Position numbers and translations under genes: made by a program
The notes under the pieces: model-generated
The model's database searches: none
Seen by the model: the letters and a program-made list of their open reading frames with translations, nothing else
What the model was told of the DNA's origin: nothing
Shown: piece after piece, positions 1-8,590 of the stretch
Position numbering within the stretch: position 1 is the first letter of the stretch
Layout of the letters: every line of letters begins with the position of its first letter
Source: Dubosiella newyorkensis
GTDB lineage: Bacteria > Bacillota_I > Bacilli_A > Erysipelotrichales > Erysipelotrichaceae
Assembly: GCF_001945605.1 (NCBI RefSeq)
Contig: NZ_MPKA01000053.1
Location: 1-32,000, forward strand
Length of the DNA stretch: 32,000 nt
Direction: 5' to 3'

Positions 1-99
1 AGAGCTTCTTGGACTTTTTTTTACGGGATCGAAAAAAGAATTATAGATCTGGAGATAGATTCCTCTGGAGCGGGAGCTTTTTCTAAGATAGTAAGCCAT
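1..99 (-). CDS. Partial CDS (5' end only, continues past the window start). Hypothetical; the N-terminus resembles IS1634-type transposase or integrase arm-binding N-termini.
   Basis: ATG at 99-97 (minus) follows GGAGG (rc of 106-110) with a 6-nt spacer. The frame is open for 33 codons to position 1 (MAYYLRKSSRSRGIYLQIYNSFFDPVKKSPRSS). It is missing from the ORF track because it runs off the window. The family assignment is from memory of the G-x-YLxI-x-S-x-YDP-x-KK pattern only. Confidence 0.3.
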   Translation of the reverse strand, partial: MAYYLRKSSRSRGIYLQIYNSFFDPVKKSPRSS

Positions 100-468
100 G
101 AGAAGCCTCCTTTTTGAACACTATTAGGTACTATTATTATATCATAAACAAAAAAGAATTTAAAGAAACAAAAAATAAAAAAGCCCTTAAAATAAAGGGA
201 ATTTAATGATATAACTAGGGACAAACAAGTGAAAATGTCTTCAACTTATAAACAAGTTAGTACTCAACTTGAAAAGACGGGTTTCTTGAATCAAGAGTAC
301 TTGCGAGATGATCTACCAAAAGATGCATCTCCTCAATCAATCTCTCTTCCCATAATTCCATTGTATAACTCCTATAATATATTTTTACAATATCATACAA
401 TTCGGAAAAATGTAAACGTTTTCCAATATTATTTATAAAGCGACCAAGAAAGACATCGAACTTTCCGG

Positions 469-498
469 TTGCGCCTATAAAAAGGAGTTTGTTATAAT
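469..498 (+). promoter_or_regulatory. Sigma-A type promoter with an extended -10 (TTGCGC-N18-TGtTATAAT), upstream of the 576..1265 gene.
   Basis: TTGCGC at 469-474, TG at 490-491 and a perfect TATAAT at 493-498, about 78 nt upstream of the ATG at 576. Confidence 0.45.
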
Positions 499-575
499 AT
501 GAAACGTAGATTTAGAACAAACGACTATCGATAGGTAGCCGTTTTTCTGTTTTAAGAAAAGAAGGAAAAGAAATT

Positions 576-1265
576 ATGGAAGATATGAATGGGATCCTGA
601 TTCCACATTGGTTCGATCGTCTAAGCATGATCGCTTACCAAATTGCCGAAGAGCTCTCTAAGATCACAGAACAGCTCGAAGACTCTCAACACGAGATCGA
701 TGTATTATATGAAAAACTTGAAGAAAGCGGAGAACAGCTCGAACAAGCCTTATTCGCCTATCGAAAAGCAATAAATACCAAAGAGCTGCTCGATAAAAAG
801 TGCCAGAAAGCATGTAAAGACTTTCACCATGGTCAAGCGATCCAACAAGCGCTCTATACCCGTGATCCACAAAAGATCCAAGCCGCGCTCTCTTATATTT
901 ATACGGACCGAGAAGGGGCACGCTATGAGCTTGCGCGAGCCGCGTTAGGCGCCGACCATGAAATCAAACAAAACATTTTTGACTATTACGATGTCCTCTA
1001 TCAACGAGCGTTGCTGATCGACCAAGAAGACATCCAAAAAGCGTATAAAGTTTGGATGGAAGCGAAAAAAGCGCTATTCAAGCATTCCTTTGAAACGCTT
1101 ATTGAAGCGAAAAGCAAAGTTCAACATATGAGCCTAGAGCACAAACGCATCATGAAAGCGTATGAAGAAGCAAGCCTGCAAAACGCGCAGAACTCGGTCC
1201 GCCAAAGCGAATTGAAAAAGAATTCGCTCCATATCGAGCATCTACAGCTCGCTTTTCAATACTAA
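576..1265 (+). CDS. Hypothetical protein, predicted alpha-helical/coiled-coil, 229 aa.
   Basis: Long ORF with RBS GAAGGA upstream of the ATG, followed by a strong terminator. Heptad-like E/K/Q/L-rich sequence. I recognise no family. Confidence 0.6.
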   Translation: MEDMNGILIPHWFDRLSMIAYQIAEELSKITEQLEDSQHEIDVLYEKLEESGEQLEQALFAYRKAINTKELLDKKCQKACKDFHHGQAIQQALYTRDPQKIQAALSYIYTDREGARYELARAALGADHEIKQNIFDYYDVLYQRALLIDQEDIQKAYKVWMEAKKALFKHSFETLIEAKSKVQHMSLEHKRIMKAYEEASLQNAQNSVRQSELKKNSLHIEHLQLAFQY

Positions 1266-1273
1266 GCACCCAC

Positions 1274-1325
1274 AAAAAAACCCGATTCGCCAAATGAGCT
1301 CCATTTACGCCAATCGGGTTTTTTT
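1274..1325. terminator. Bidirectional intrinsic terminator between convergent genes.
   Basis: ACCCGATT (1280-1287) pairs with AATCGGGT (1312-1319), with an inner AAATG/CATTT stem. An A-run lies upstream and a T-run (1319-1325) downstream. Confidence 0.7.
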
Positions 1326-1654
1326 CATGACTGCACTTTCGTCTTGTTGAGCACTTGCACGATATCGACTAGCGCATTCGTTAGATGGGACGATAAGATC
1401 TCGCCGATTTCTTGCCGATCTTCTTCATTGAATTCATCAAACAAATAATCTCCCTCGTCAAATTCAAAAGAAATTTCCCCTGAACTCACGAAGATCTCGA
1501 TCTCGGCAACGACTTCGCTCATCGCCAGTTTGTACATCGTTTTCCCTTCTTCTGTATTCAAATAGGCATAGAACGCTTCTTGATCTTTGGCCAATAAACG
1601 GCTCATCGAAATGAGCGCATCTTCTTTCGCTTCCTTATGTTCTTTTAAGCTCAT
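1325..1654 (-). CDS. Hypothetical small acidic protein, 109 aa.
   Basis: ORF whose start overlaps the 3' end of the AraC-type gene by 20 nt, which suggests co-transcription. It ends at the bidirectional terminator. No recognisable motifs. Confidence 0.5.
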   Translation of the reverse strand: MSLKEHKEAKEDALISMSRLLAKDQEAFYAYLNTEEGKTMYKLAMSEVVAEIEIFVSSGEISFEFDEGDYLFDEFNEEDRQEIGEILSSHLTNALVDIVQVLNKTKVQS

Positions 1655-2500
1655 CTGTATCCTCTCTTTCTTTTTTTAAATTTCGATATTGCTTGGGAGA
1701 CATTCCTAGCTTCTTTGTGAATGTCTTGGTAAAATGCAAAGAATCCTCGAACCCTACCGAACAGGCGATCACGTGGATCGGCTGCTTTGTCTGGATTAAA
1801 AGATGACACGCCTTCTCTTCTTTCGTCTTCCAAATATATTCCTTCAACGAATATCCGGTTTCTTTTTTAAACAAGCGAGATAAATAGGAACGATTCAACC
1901 CCGTATATTGTGCGATCTCTTGCACATAGATCGGTTCATCGATCCGTCTTAGACAATACGACATGATCTCTTCGATGTAGTCTTTTGTTTTTCTAGCATC
2001 TGAATGCGACGAATTGGGAAAATGAACGACAAGAAAAGCCAAAAGCTTATAAAGAACATGATTCAACGCCAGATCCCGGATCTCGAAAGAAGACACGTAC
2101 GCTCTTTGCATCTCGATAAACAACAAAGACAAATCGTCATTCTTATCATAATGCGCCACAGGATGATCAAAAAACGAAGTTCGCTGCAAGTAAGGCTCGA
2201 TATGCGCGCCCGTCATTCCGATCCATCCATACCCCCACGGATCCTCTTGATCGGCTTCATAATAGATCCTTGTCCTAGCGCAATAAAAAACAGATCCCCT
2301 CTTTGAAGAGAATACGTTTTCCCCTCCACTTTGAAGATCCCTTTTCCTTGTGTGACATAATGGATCATATAGCTTTTTCGCAAACCAGGACCGTACGAGT
2401 GCCCCGGTTCGCACTCTTCATACCCTTGGGTATACACCATCGCATCCGCATTGAAATAAAAATCGGTCGAGTTTGTCGTGATCCGCATCCTACCCTCCAT
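1635..2500 (-). pseudogene. AraC/XylS-family transcriptional regulator (cupin sensor plus HTH), disrupted by a 1-nt frameshift.
   Basis: The N-terminal cupin part sits in ORF 2213..2500 (...KVEGKTYSLQRGDLFF). The remainder sits in ORF 1635..2414 in another frame (...YCARTRIYYEADQEDPWGYGWIGMTGAH... and the C-terminal HTH IAQYTGLNRSYLSRLFKKETG...SPKQYR). The frames switch at the A6/T6 run at 2285-2290, and adding one T restores GDLFFYCARTRIYYEAD. Confidence 0.8.
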
Positions 2501-2545
2501 CTAAAGTAACAATTTTCCATAATTATATCACAACCACCTATAGGA

Positions 2546-2559
2546 TGATGGCGCTTACA
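2546..2559 (-). promoter_or_regulatory. cre-like (CcpA) operator candidate next to a perfect -10 (TATAAT, 2564-2569) of the sugar locus promoter.
   Basis: The minus-strand reading TGTAAGCGCCATCA has one mismatch to TGWAANCGNTNWCA. It lies in the divergent AraC / EIIC intergenic region. Confidence 0.4.
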
Positions 2560-2613
2560 AATCTATAATGTGTTCGTCGACACCAATCAATAAAAAAAAA
2601 GGAGAAACACACA

Positions 2614-3288
2614 ATGAATCATTTAACCGACAAATTGATGGAAAAGATCGGCCCGTTCGCCGAAGTCGTTTCCACCAACAAGTATCTATGCTCTTTACGT
2701 GACGGATTCATGGTCGCCTTCCCGGCGACGATGTTCGCTTCGATCGCCATCATCAGTCAATATTTACCCGCAACATTTGGTCTTGAAGGAATCACTCCAC
2801 AATGGCTTCTTGATTTTCTCAACAATTTCTTTGGCCCGATCGGAAACGCGATCTTTGGAATCCTAGGCTTAGAGCTCGATCTAAGAGAGTGCTCAAATAA
2901 AGAAAAAGAACAATTGAAGGAAGCGATTGCCCACTATAAAAAAATGCAGCCTTTCCTCTTAAGCGTGACTTTATTTACCCATCCATATCATGAAGGTTAT
3001 CAAGCATGGACAGCCATTTCCGAATTCAATTCGATTTATTTAACTGGTTTTTATACGACTTTCGCCAAACTGAGAGCTTCGAGAAACGAGCGCGTCCAGC
3101 TTCCAAATATCGATCCAGCTTGCATGTATCAAATCGATGAGCAAACGATTTCGGGCGCCGTGATCGAGAAAACCGGAATCCGCGTTCCGCTTCGTTTCAA
3201 TGGGGCCAATGGCGAAATGGCTCGCTTAAAAGGAGACTATAGTTCAGCTTTGTGTTGGATGAAAAAGTTGGAGAACAGTAAGCGATGA
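2614..3288 (+). pseudogene. Chimeric remnant ORF: the first ~85 aa of a PTS lactose/cellobiose-family EIIC fused in frame to the last ~140 aa of a GH36 alpha-galactosidase.
   Basis: The N-terminus MNHLTDKLMEKIGPFAEVVSTNKYLCSLRDGFMVAFP...FFGPIGNAIFGILG matches the CelB/LicC-type EIIC start. From ~aa 86 the sequence (LELDL..EKEQLKEAIAHYKK...AWTAIS...LPNIDPACMYQI...SGAVIEKTGI...GDYSSALCWMKK) matches the C-terminal beta-domain pattern of AgaA/MelA-type GH36 enzymes. The junction is near 2865-2880. Confidence 0.65.
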
Positions 3289-4694
3289 GTGCCTTTTTAA
3301 AATTTCCTCCAAACTTTTTATGGGGAGCGGCGATGAGCGGTCCCCAAAGCGAAGGATGGCTTGGGAAACGGCATGAAAATATCATGGATACGTGGTATCG
3401 AATCTGTCGCAATGATTTTTATGAAGGCGTCGGTCCCGATGTGGCTAGTGATTTCCTGCACCATTTCGAGAATGATTTCCGTTTGATGAAAGAAATCGGA
3501 TTGAACTCGTTTCGAACGAGCATTCAATGAACTCGTTTGATCGCCAATCTTGAAACAGGCGAGCTCGATCCTGATGGAATCGCTTTCTATCAAGCGATGA
3601 TCCGAGCCGCTAAAGCGAATGAAATCAAGCTGATCTTCAATTTGCACCATTTTGATCTACCTACTGATCTTTTAGATCGATATGCTGGCTGGGAAAGCCG
3701 ACATGTGGTGGATTTGTTTGTAAAATACACCAAAACGGCTTTCCAGCTTTTTAAAGACGAGATCCACGAATGGACGACCTTCAATGAGCCAATGGTCATG
3801 ATCGATGATGGATATTTATATGGGTATCACTATCCGCACTATAAAAACGAAGGAAAAAGAGCTGTTCAAGTTTTATATCATATCGTGCTCGCCAACGCTT
3901 TAGTCACGCAAACTTATCATCAACTCGATCCTGAAGGAAAGATCGGGATTATCGTCAATGTGACACCCACCTACCCTCGCTCTGATCGAAAAGAAGATCA
4001 AGAAGCAGCCCGCTTCTTTGACTTGTTTCATTGGCGATCTTTTCTCGACGCGAGTATCCATGGCCATTTCCCCGATGAACTCGTAGAAATTTTAAGAAAA
4101 GATGGAGTCCTTTGGAAAGCGGAAGCCAAAGACGAATCGCTCTTATCTCTCAATCGTAGTGATTTTATAGGCATCAATTATTATCATCCAACAAGAGTCC
4201 AAGCCACAGAAGGCCAAATTTTTGAGAATTGGCTTCCCGACCAATATTATGCCCATTACGACTGGCCAGAGAAACGAGTCGATCCATATAAAGATTGGGA
4301 GATCTTTCCAAAAGCGCTCTACGACATCGCCAAAGAGATGACGAAGCGTTACCCTAAAACGCCATGGTTTGTTTCCGAAACAGGCATGGGAGTCCACGAT
4401 GAAGGTCGGTTTCGGAACAAAGACGGCGTGATCGAGGATCTATATCGAATCAACTTTTACAAAGAGCATCTATTTTGGCTGCACAAAGCGATCAAAGAAG
4501 GCGCCTCTTGTTTTGGATTCCACACATGGGCGGCTTTAGATTGCTGGAGCTGGAATAATGCGTATAAAAATCGATATGGTTTTATTGAAGTCGATCTGAA
4601 CGATCAAACGCGTACGATCAAGAAATCCGGTCGATGGTATCGCCAAGTCTCCTTGGAAAACGGTTTTGAAATAGAAGAAGATCCATTTGTGTAA
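3285..4694 (+). pseudogene. GH1 family (6-phospho-)beta-glucosidase interrupted by an in-frame TGA at a conserved Trp codon.
   Basis: ORF 3285..3530 (FPPNFLWGAAMSGPQSEG...FRTSIQ*) and ORF 3537..4694 (..TRLIANLETGELD...TFNEP...VSETG...) are in the same frame. The GH1 consensus here is SI.W.R, so the TGA at 3528-3530 sits where TGG is expected. The start overlaps the upstream stop (ATGA at 3285-3288). Confidence 0.8.
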
Positions 4695-4738
4695 TCTTCT
4701 TTTTTTTATTAAATTCTGTATTATGACATAATTAAAGT

Positions 4739-4757
4739 CAGAATTTTTGATATTCTG
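4739..4757. promoter_or_regulatory. Inverted repeat CAGAAT-N7-ATTCTG just upstream of the dinB RBS; candidate operator.
   Basis: CAGAAT at 4739-4744 and ATTCTG at 4752-4757, with a third ATTCTG copy at 4713-4718 next to a TATTAT -10-like hexamer (4719-4724). Confidence 0.3.
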
Positions 4758-4772
4758 TGCTTGGTGATCAAA

Positions 4773-6017
4773 ATGAAAAAAGTGATAGTACATTCGGATC
4801 TCAATCATTGCTATGCGCAGATCGAGGAAATGAAGAACCCAAGCTTACGCTCGATCCCTATGGCGGTAGGAGGTAGCGAAGAAAAGCGCAATGGGATCAT
4901 TTTAGCGAAAAACGATCTCGCCAAAGCGTGCGGGATCAAAACGGGAGAATCTTTGCGGGAGGCTTTTCGAAAATGCCCTTCCCTTCTCATCATCCATCCA
5001 AATTACGATGACTATATCTACTACATGGAGAAAGTCAAAGACATTTATCGAAAATATACAGACGAAGTAGAATCGTTCGGCCTAGATGAAGCGTGGTTCG
5101 ATCTATCGCATAGCCAAACCTTGTATGGCGACGGGATCGAGCTCGCCCGTAAGATCCAGCAGGAAGTGTATCGAACCTATGGCCTGAAAGTATCGATGGG
5201 TGTCTCTTTCAATAAGATCTTTGCCAAGCTAGGAAGCGATCTCGATAAAAATATGGGCTTTTCTATCATAGATGAAAGCAACTTTAAAGAAGTCGTCTGG
5301 CCTTTGCCTGTAAGCGATCTATTGATGGTCGGAAGGCATACCGCGCTGAAATTAGAAGCGATGGGAATTTATACGATTAAGGATCTAGCGACGTATGATG
5401 GTTTCAAGCTGACAAAACGGTTTGGCAAGATCGGTGGCGAGCTATGGCGCTTTGCCAATGGGCTGGATGAAAGCCCGGTCAAGCGCGTCGGTCATGCTCG
5501 AGAGATCAAATCGGTAGGCAACTCGAAGACCCTTCTTCACGATATCGACTCCTTTATCCAGCTCTATGAAGTGTTTCGCGTGCTCAGCGAGTGTATCGCC
5601 GCTCGTCTGCGCGAGATCCATAAGCAAGGGTATGTTGTTTCGATCTATCTGCGTGGGAACGATCTGAGCGGGATGACGCGTCAAATCAAGATGAACCGGC
5701 CTACGAATCTAGCTAGCGACATTTTAAAATGCGCCTATCGCTTAGCGCGGCGGCACTTTGATTTCGATCGTCCTCTTCGCAGTGTAGGGATCCAGTTGAG
5801 TCAATTGGTCGGCGAAGTTTACGATCCGATCTCTTTGTTTGAAAACGAAGAAAGCCGGCCTAAGCAAAAAGCGTTGGAAGAGACGATCGAAGAGGTGCGC
5901 GAAATGTATGGCCCCCAAGCGTGTCAAATGGCTTCGGTGCTGCTTCATAGAGAATTGACCGACTTCGATCCTAAACATACGCATACTGTCCATCCAATCG
6001 GATTCTATTGTGGATAA
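4773..6017 (+). CDS. dinB: Y-family DNA polymerase IV (DinB/ImpB type).
   Basis: VIVHSDLNHCYAQIE...MAVGG...RNGIILAKN...FGLDEAWFDLS...SMGVSFNKIFAKLGSD is the typical Y-family palm/fingers pattern. The ATG at 4773 is preferred over the TTG at 4761 (GGTGA SD at 4763-4767). Confidence 0.9.
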   Translation: MKKVIVHSDLNHCYAQIEEMKNPSLRSIPMAVGGSEEKRNGIILAKNDLAKACGIKTGESLREAFRKCPSLLIIHPNYDDYIYYMEKVKDIYRKYTDEVESFGLDEAWFDLSHSQTLYGDGIELARKIQQEVYRTYGLKVSMGVSFNKIFAKLGSDLDKNMGFSIIDESNFKEVVWPLPVSDLLMVGRHTALKLEAMGIYTIKDLATYDGFKLTKRFGKIGGELWRFANGLDESPVKRVGHAREIKSVGNSKTLLHDIDSFIQLYEVFRVLSECIAARLREIHKQGYVVSIYLRGNDLSGMTRQIKMNRPTNLASDILKCAYRLARRHFDFDRPLRSVGIQLSQLVGEVYDPISLFENEESRPKQKALEETIEEVREMYGPQACQMASVLLHRELTDFDPKHTHTVHPIGFYCG

Positions 6018-6071
6018 AAATGGAAATATGCAAGCGTTCTAGGCATAATAGAGCCATGAGAGGGGACTTTT

Positions 6072-7670
6072 ATGACAACGACTTTATTTCTTGGAGCGAT
6101 CGTGATCTTAGCGTCGATCATGATCCAGAAAATCGCAAGCCGGCTCAAGGTCCCAATGCTTTTAGGATTTATTGGCTTAGGGATGATTTTTGGAAGCGAA
6201 GGTCTATTTTCGATCCCATTTGACGATTTCGCGTTCGCAGAGCAGATCTGCACGGTGGGCCTTGTGGTGATCATGTTCTATGGAGGATTTGGCACGAGTT
6301 GGAAGCGCGCCAAAAAGGTCGCGTTCCCTAGCGCGCTATTAGCCAGCATCGGGGTCGTCTCGACCGCTTTGTTGACCGCGCTTTTTTGCCACTATGCGCT
6401 CCATATTTTGTGGATCGAAAGTTTGCTCATTGGCGCTTTATTGTCTTCTACGGATGCGGCGAGCGTATTCAATATTTTGCGGAGTCAAAATCTCGCGCTT
6501 AAAAATCACACCGATTCTTTGTTAGAGATCGAATCGGGCTCCAACGATCCATTTGCCTATATGCTCGTTCTAATTTGCTTGACGCTTTCCAAGCAGCCAT
6601 TCGAGATCGGTTCGATCCTTCTTCTTTTGATCCAGCAAATTGGAGTTGGTTTTATAGTTGGTGTCGCGATCTATATCATTGCACGAACTTTTATCAAATT
6701 GTGGCATTTTGACATTGCTGGATTCAACGCGGTGTATGTGCTGGCTGTTGGCTTTTTGAGCTATTCGATCGCGATGCTTTTGGAAGGAAATGGTTTTTTA
6801 GCTTGCTATATTACAGGATTGATGCTTGGAAATTCGAATTTGCGGGCCAAGAAAGAACTTGTTCACTTCTTTGATGGTTTGACGACGCTTATGCAAATGC
6901 TGATCTTCTTTCTGCTTGGACTTCTTTCTTTTCCAAGTCAGCTTTGGATCAATTTGCCTTTGGCTGGTTTTGTCTTTTTGTTCTTAACGCTGCTCGCGCG
7001 TCCGATCAGCGTGTTTACGATCTTATCCTGTTTTAAAAACTATTCATTCGCGCAAAAGACATTGATCAGCTTTGCGGGGCTTAGGGGTGTGGCATCGATC
7101 GTCTTCGCGATCATGGCGACCCTTCATGAAACCGTATTTCATTATGATCTTTACCATATCGTGTTTGGTGTCGTTTTGTTTTCGATCGCGATCCAAGGAA
7201 CGCTTCTTCCGTATGTCGCTAAGCTCTTAAAAATGAGCGACCCGGAGCATACGATCTTACAAACATTTTCGGATTATAGCGAACAGACGGATTTAAGGTT
7301 CATCCAAGTACGACTCCATAAAGATTCCCATTGGATCAATAGGACATTGGAAAGCTTCGCTTTGCCGCAAAACTTGATCATTGCGCTCGTCATCCGGAAT
7401 GGCCGCTCTTTTATCCCCAATAAAGATACGCTGCTCGTTAAAAACGATATCTTGATTCTAGCAGGAGAAGCCTATGAGCCAAGCGAGAGTAGCTTGGAGG
7501 AAGAAACGATCGGAAAGCGGGATCCTCGGCTCAACAAGCGGCTCGAAGAGTTGTATGGACAAATTCCTTCGATTTTATGCATCAAGCGCAAGGATGATTT
7601 CTTCATTCCAACAAAAGATACGCTCTTATTAGAAAACGACACATTCGTCTACTACAAGGCAAAGAAATGA
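6072..7670 (+). CDS. CPA1-family K+/H+ (NhaP2/CvrA-type) antiporter with C-terminal TrkA-C/RCK_C domain(s).
   Basis: About 12 predicted TM segments with GSEGL and SSTDAASVF motifs typical of NhaP2. The soluble C-terminal region has RCK_C-like repeats (...LIIALVIRNGRSFIPNKDTLLVKNDILILAG). RBS is GAGAGGGGA. Confidence 0.85.
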   Translation: MTTTLFLGAIVILASIMIQKIASRLKVPMLLGFIGLGMIFGSEGLFSIPFDDFAFAEQICTVGLVVIMFYGGFGTSWKRAKKVAFPSALLASIGVVSTALLTALFCHYALHILWIESLLIGALLSSTDAASVFNILRSQNLALKNHTDSLLEIESGSNDPFAYMLVLICLTLSKQPFEIGSILLLLIQQIGVGFIVGVAIYIIARTFIKLWHFDIAGFNAVYVLAVGFLSYSIAMLLEGNGFLACYITGLMLGNSNLRAKKELVHFFDGLTTLMQMLIFFLLGLLSFPSQLWINLPLAGFVFLFLTLLARPISVFTILSCFKNYSFAQKTLISFAGLRGVASIVFAIMATLHETVFHYDLYHIVFGVVLFSIAIQGTLLPYVAKLLKMSDPEHTILQTFSDYSEQTDLRFIQVRLHKDSHWINRTLESFALPQNLIIALVIRNGRSFIPNKDTLLVKNDILILAGEAYEPSESSLEEETIGKRDPRLNKRLEELYGQIPSILCIKRKDDFFIPTKDTLLLENDTFVYYKAKK

Positions 7671-7715
7671 TACTTTCGAACGCCTTATGGTATGGTGGTG
7701 GAAGAGGTGATACTA

Positions 7716-8513
7716 ATGGAAAACCAAAAGAAAACAGTCATTATTACAGGTGGAGGCCAAGTCCTCTTAGACAATGGACGTCCTGGCGCGATCGGATACG
7801 GGATCGCCTGCGCTTTTGCGAAAGCCGGATGGAACATCGTGATCACAGGCCGAAACAAACAAAAGCTCTATGACGCCAAAGCAAGCCTAGAAAAAGAATA
7901 CGATGCTTCGGTGTTGTGTGTTCCTGCGGATATCGAATATGGCCAAGACAACGAGAAAGTCGTTCAAACTGTGATCGATCAAACGATCGATCAATTCAAA
8001 GAGATCCATGGATTAGTGAATTGCGCGCAAGCTTCCGCTTCGGGCGTTCCTTTTGAACAGCAAACTTTAGAACAATTCAATTTAGCGATCTATTCTGGAT
8101 TGTATGCGACCTTCTTTTATATGAAAGCTGCTTATCCTTACTTAAAGAAAACAAAAGGCTCGATCGTCAACTTTGGCTCTGGCGCCGCTTTATTTGGCAA
8201 TGCGGGGCAATCGAGCTATGCGGCCGCCAAAGAAGGGATCCGCGGACTTTCGCGTGTCGCGGCGACCGAATGGGCGAAAGACGGAATCAATGTCAATATT
8301 ATTTGTCCGCTCGCTTGGACCAAGCAGCTAGAACAATTTAAAACGAATTATCCAGAAGCGTATGAGAAAAATGTCCATATGCCTCCTTGCGGTTATTATG
8401 GCGATCCAATGAACGATATTGGGGAAGCGTGTGTGACTTTAATGTCGGATTCTCTCAAATACATGACAGGAGAAACGATCACTTTGGAAGGCGGTCTTGG
8501 TCAACGACCATAA
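7716..8513 (+). CDS. SDR-family oxidoreductase (short-chain dehydrogenase/reductase).
   Basis: Rossmann N-terminus KKTVIITGGG...GIGYGIA, catalytic S...YAAAK and NVNIICP. The glycine-rich loop carries an unusual insertion (QVLLDNGRPGA). The ATG at 7716 follows GGAAGAGGTG and is preferred over 7692. Confidence 0.85.
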   Translation: MENQKKTVIITGGGQVLLDNGRPGAIGYGIACAFAKAGWNIVITGRNKQKLYDAKASLEKEYDASVLCVPADIEYGQDNEKVVQTVIDQTIDQFKEIHGLVNCAQASASGVPFEQQTLEQFNLAIYSGLYATFFYMKAAYPYLKKTKGSIVNFGSGAALFGNAGQSSYAAAKEGIRGLSRVAATEWAKDGINVNIICPLAWTKQLEQFKTNYPEAYEKNVHMPPCGYYGDPMNDIGEACVTLMSDSLKYMTGETITLEGGLGQRP

Positions 8514-8526
8514 ATTTGAAAAATCG

Positions 8527-8570
8527 AAAAAGAAGAGGATCCTACATTCAGGCGATCCTCTTCTTTTTAT
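8527..8570. terminator. Bidirectional intrinsic terminator (SDR gene and sbcC converge).
   Basis: GAAGAGGATC (8532-8541) pairs with GATCCTCTTC (8554-8563), flanked by an A-run and a T-run. Confidence 0.8.
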
Positions 8571-8590
8571 CTTTTTTATTATAGTGATTT

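Noticed and set aside
21-224. A 67-aa minus-strand ORF from the track.
   Set aside because: The low-complexity F/K-rich translation comes from an A/T-rich spacer. The RBS-supported frame in this region is a different one (the partial CDS at 1..99).
229-438. A 69-aa ORF on the plus strand in the AT-rich left segment.
   Set aside because: It has a GTG start with only a weak AGGGA upstream, an odd composition and no motif. It could be real, since a weak hairpin follows it, but I cannot support it.
525-534. A perfect 10-bp palindrome, CTATCGATAG, in the leader of the 576..1265 gene.
   Set aside because: About 30 perfect 10-bp palindromes are expected by chance in 32 kb. It also contains the locally over-represented ATCGAT/GATC-type words, and it has no partner site.
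4695-4772. A canonical Firmicutes LexA (Cheo) box upstream of dinB.
   Set aside because: No GAAC-N4-GTTC-like element is present. Only the ATTCTG/CAGAAT repeats are there, and they are reported separately.
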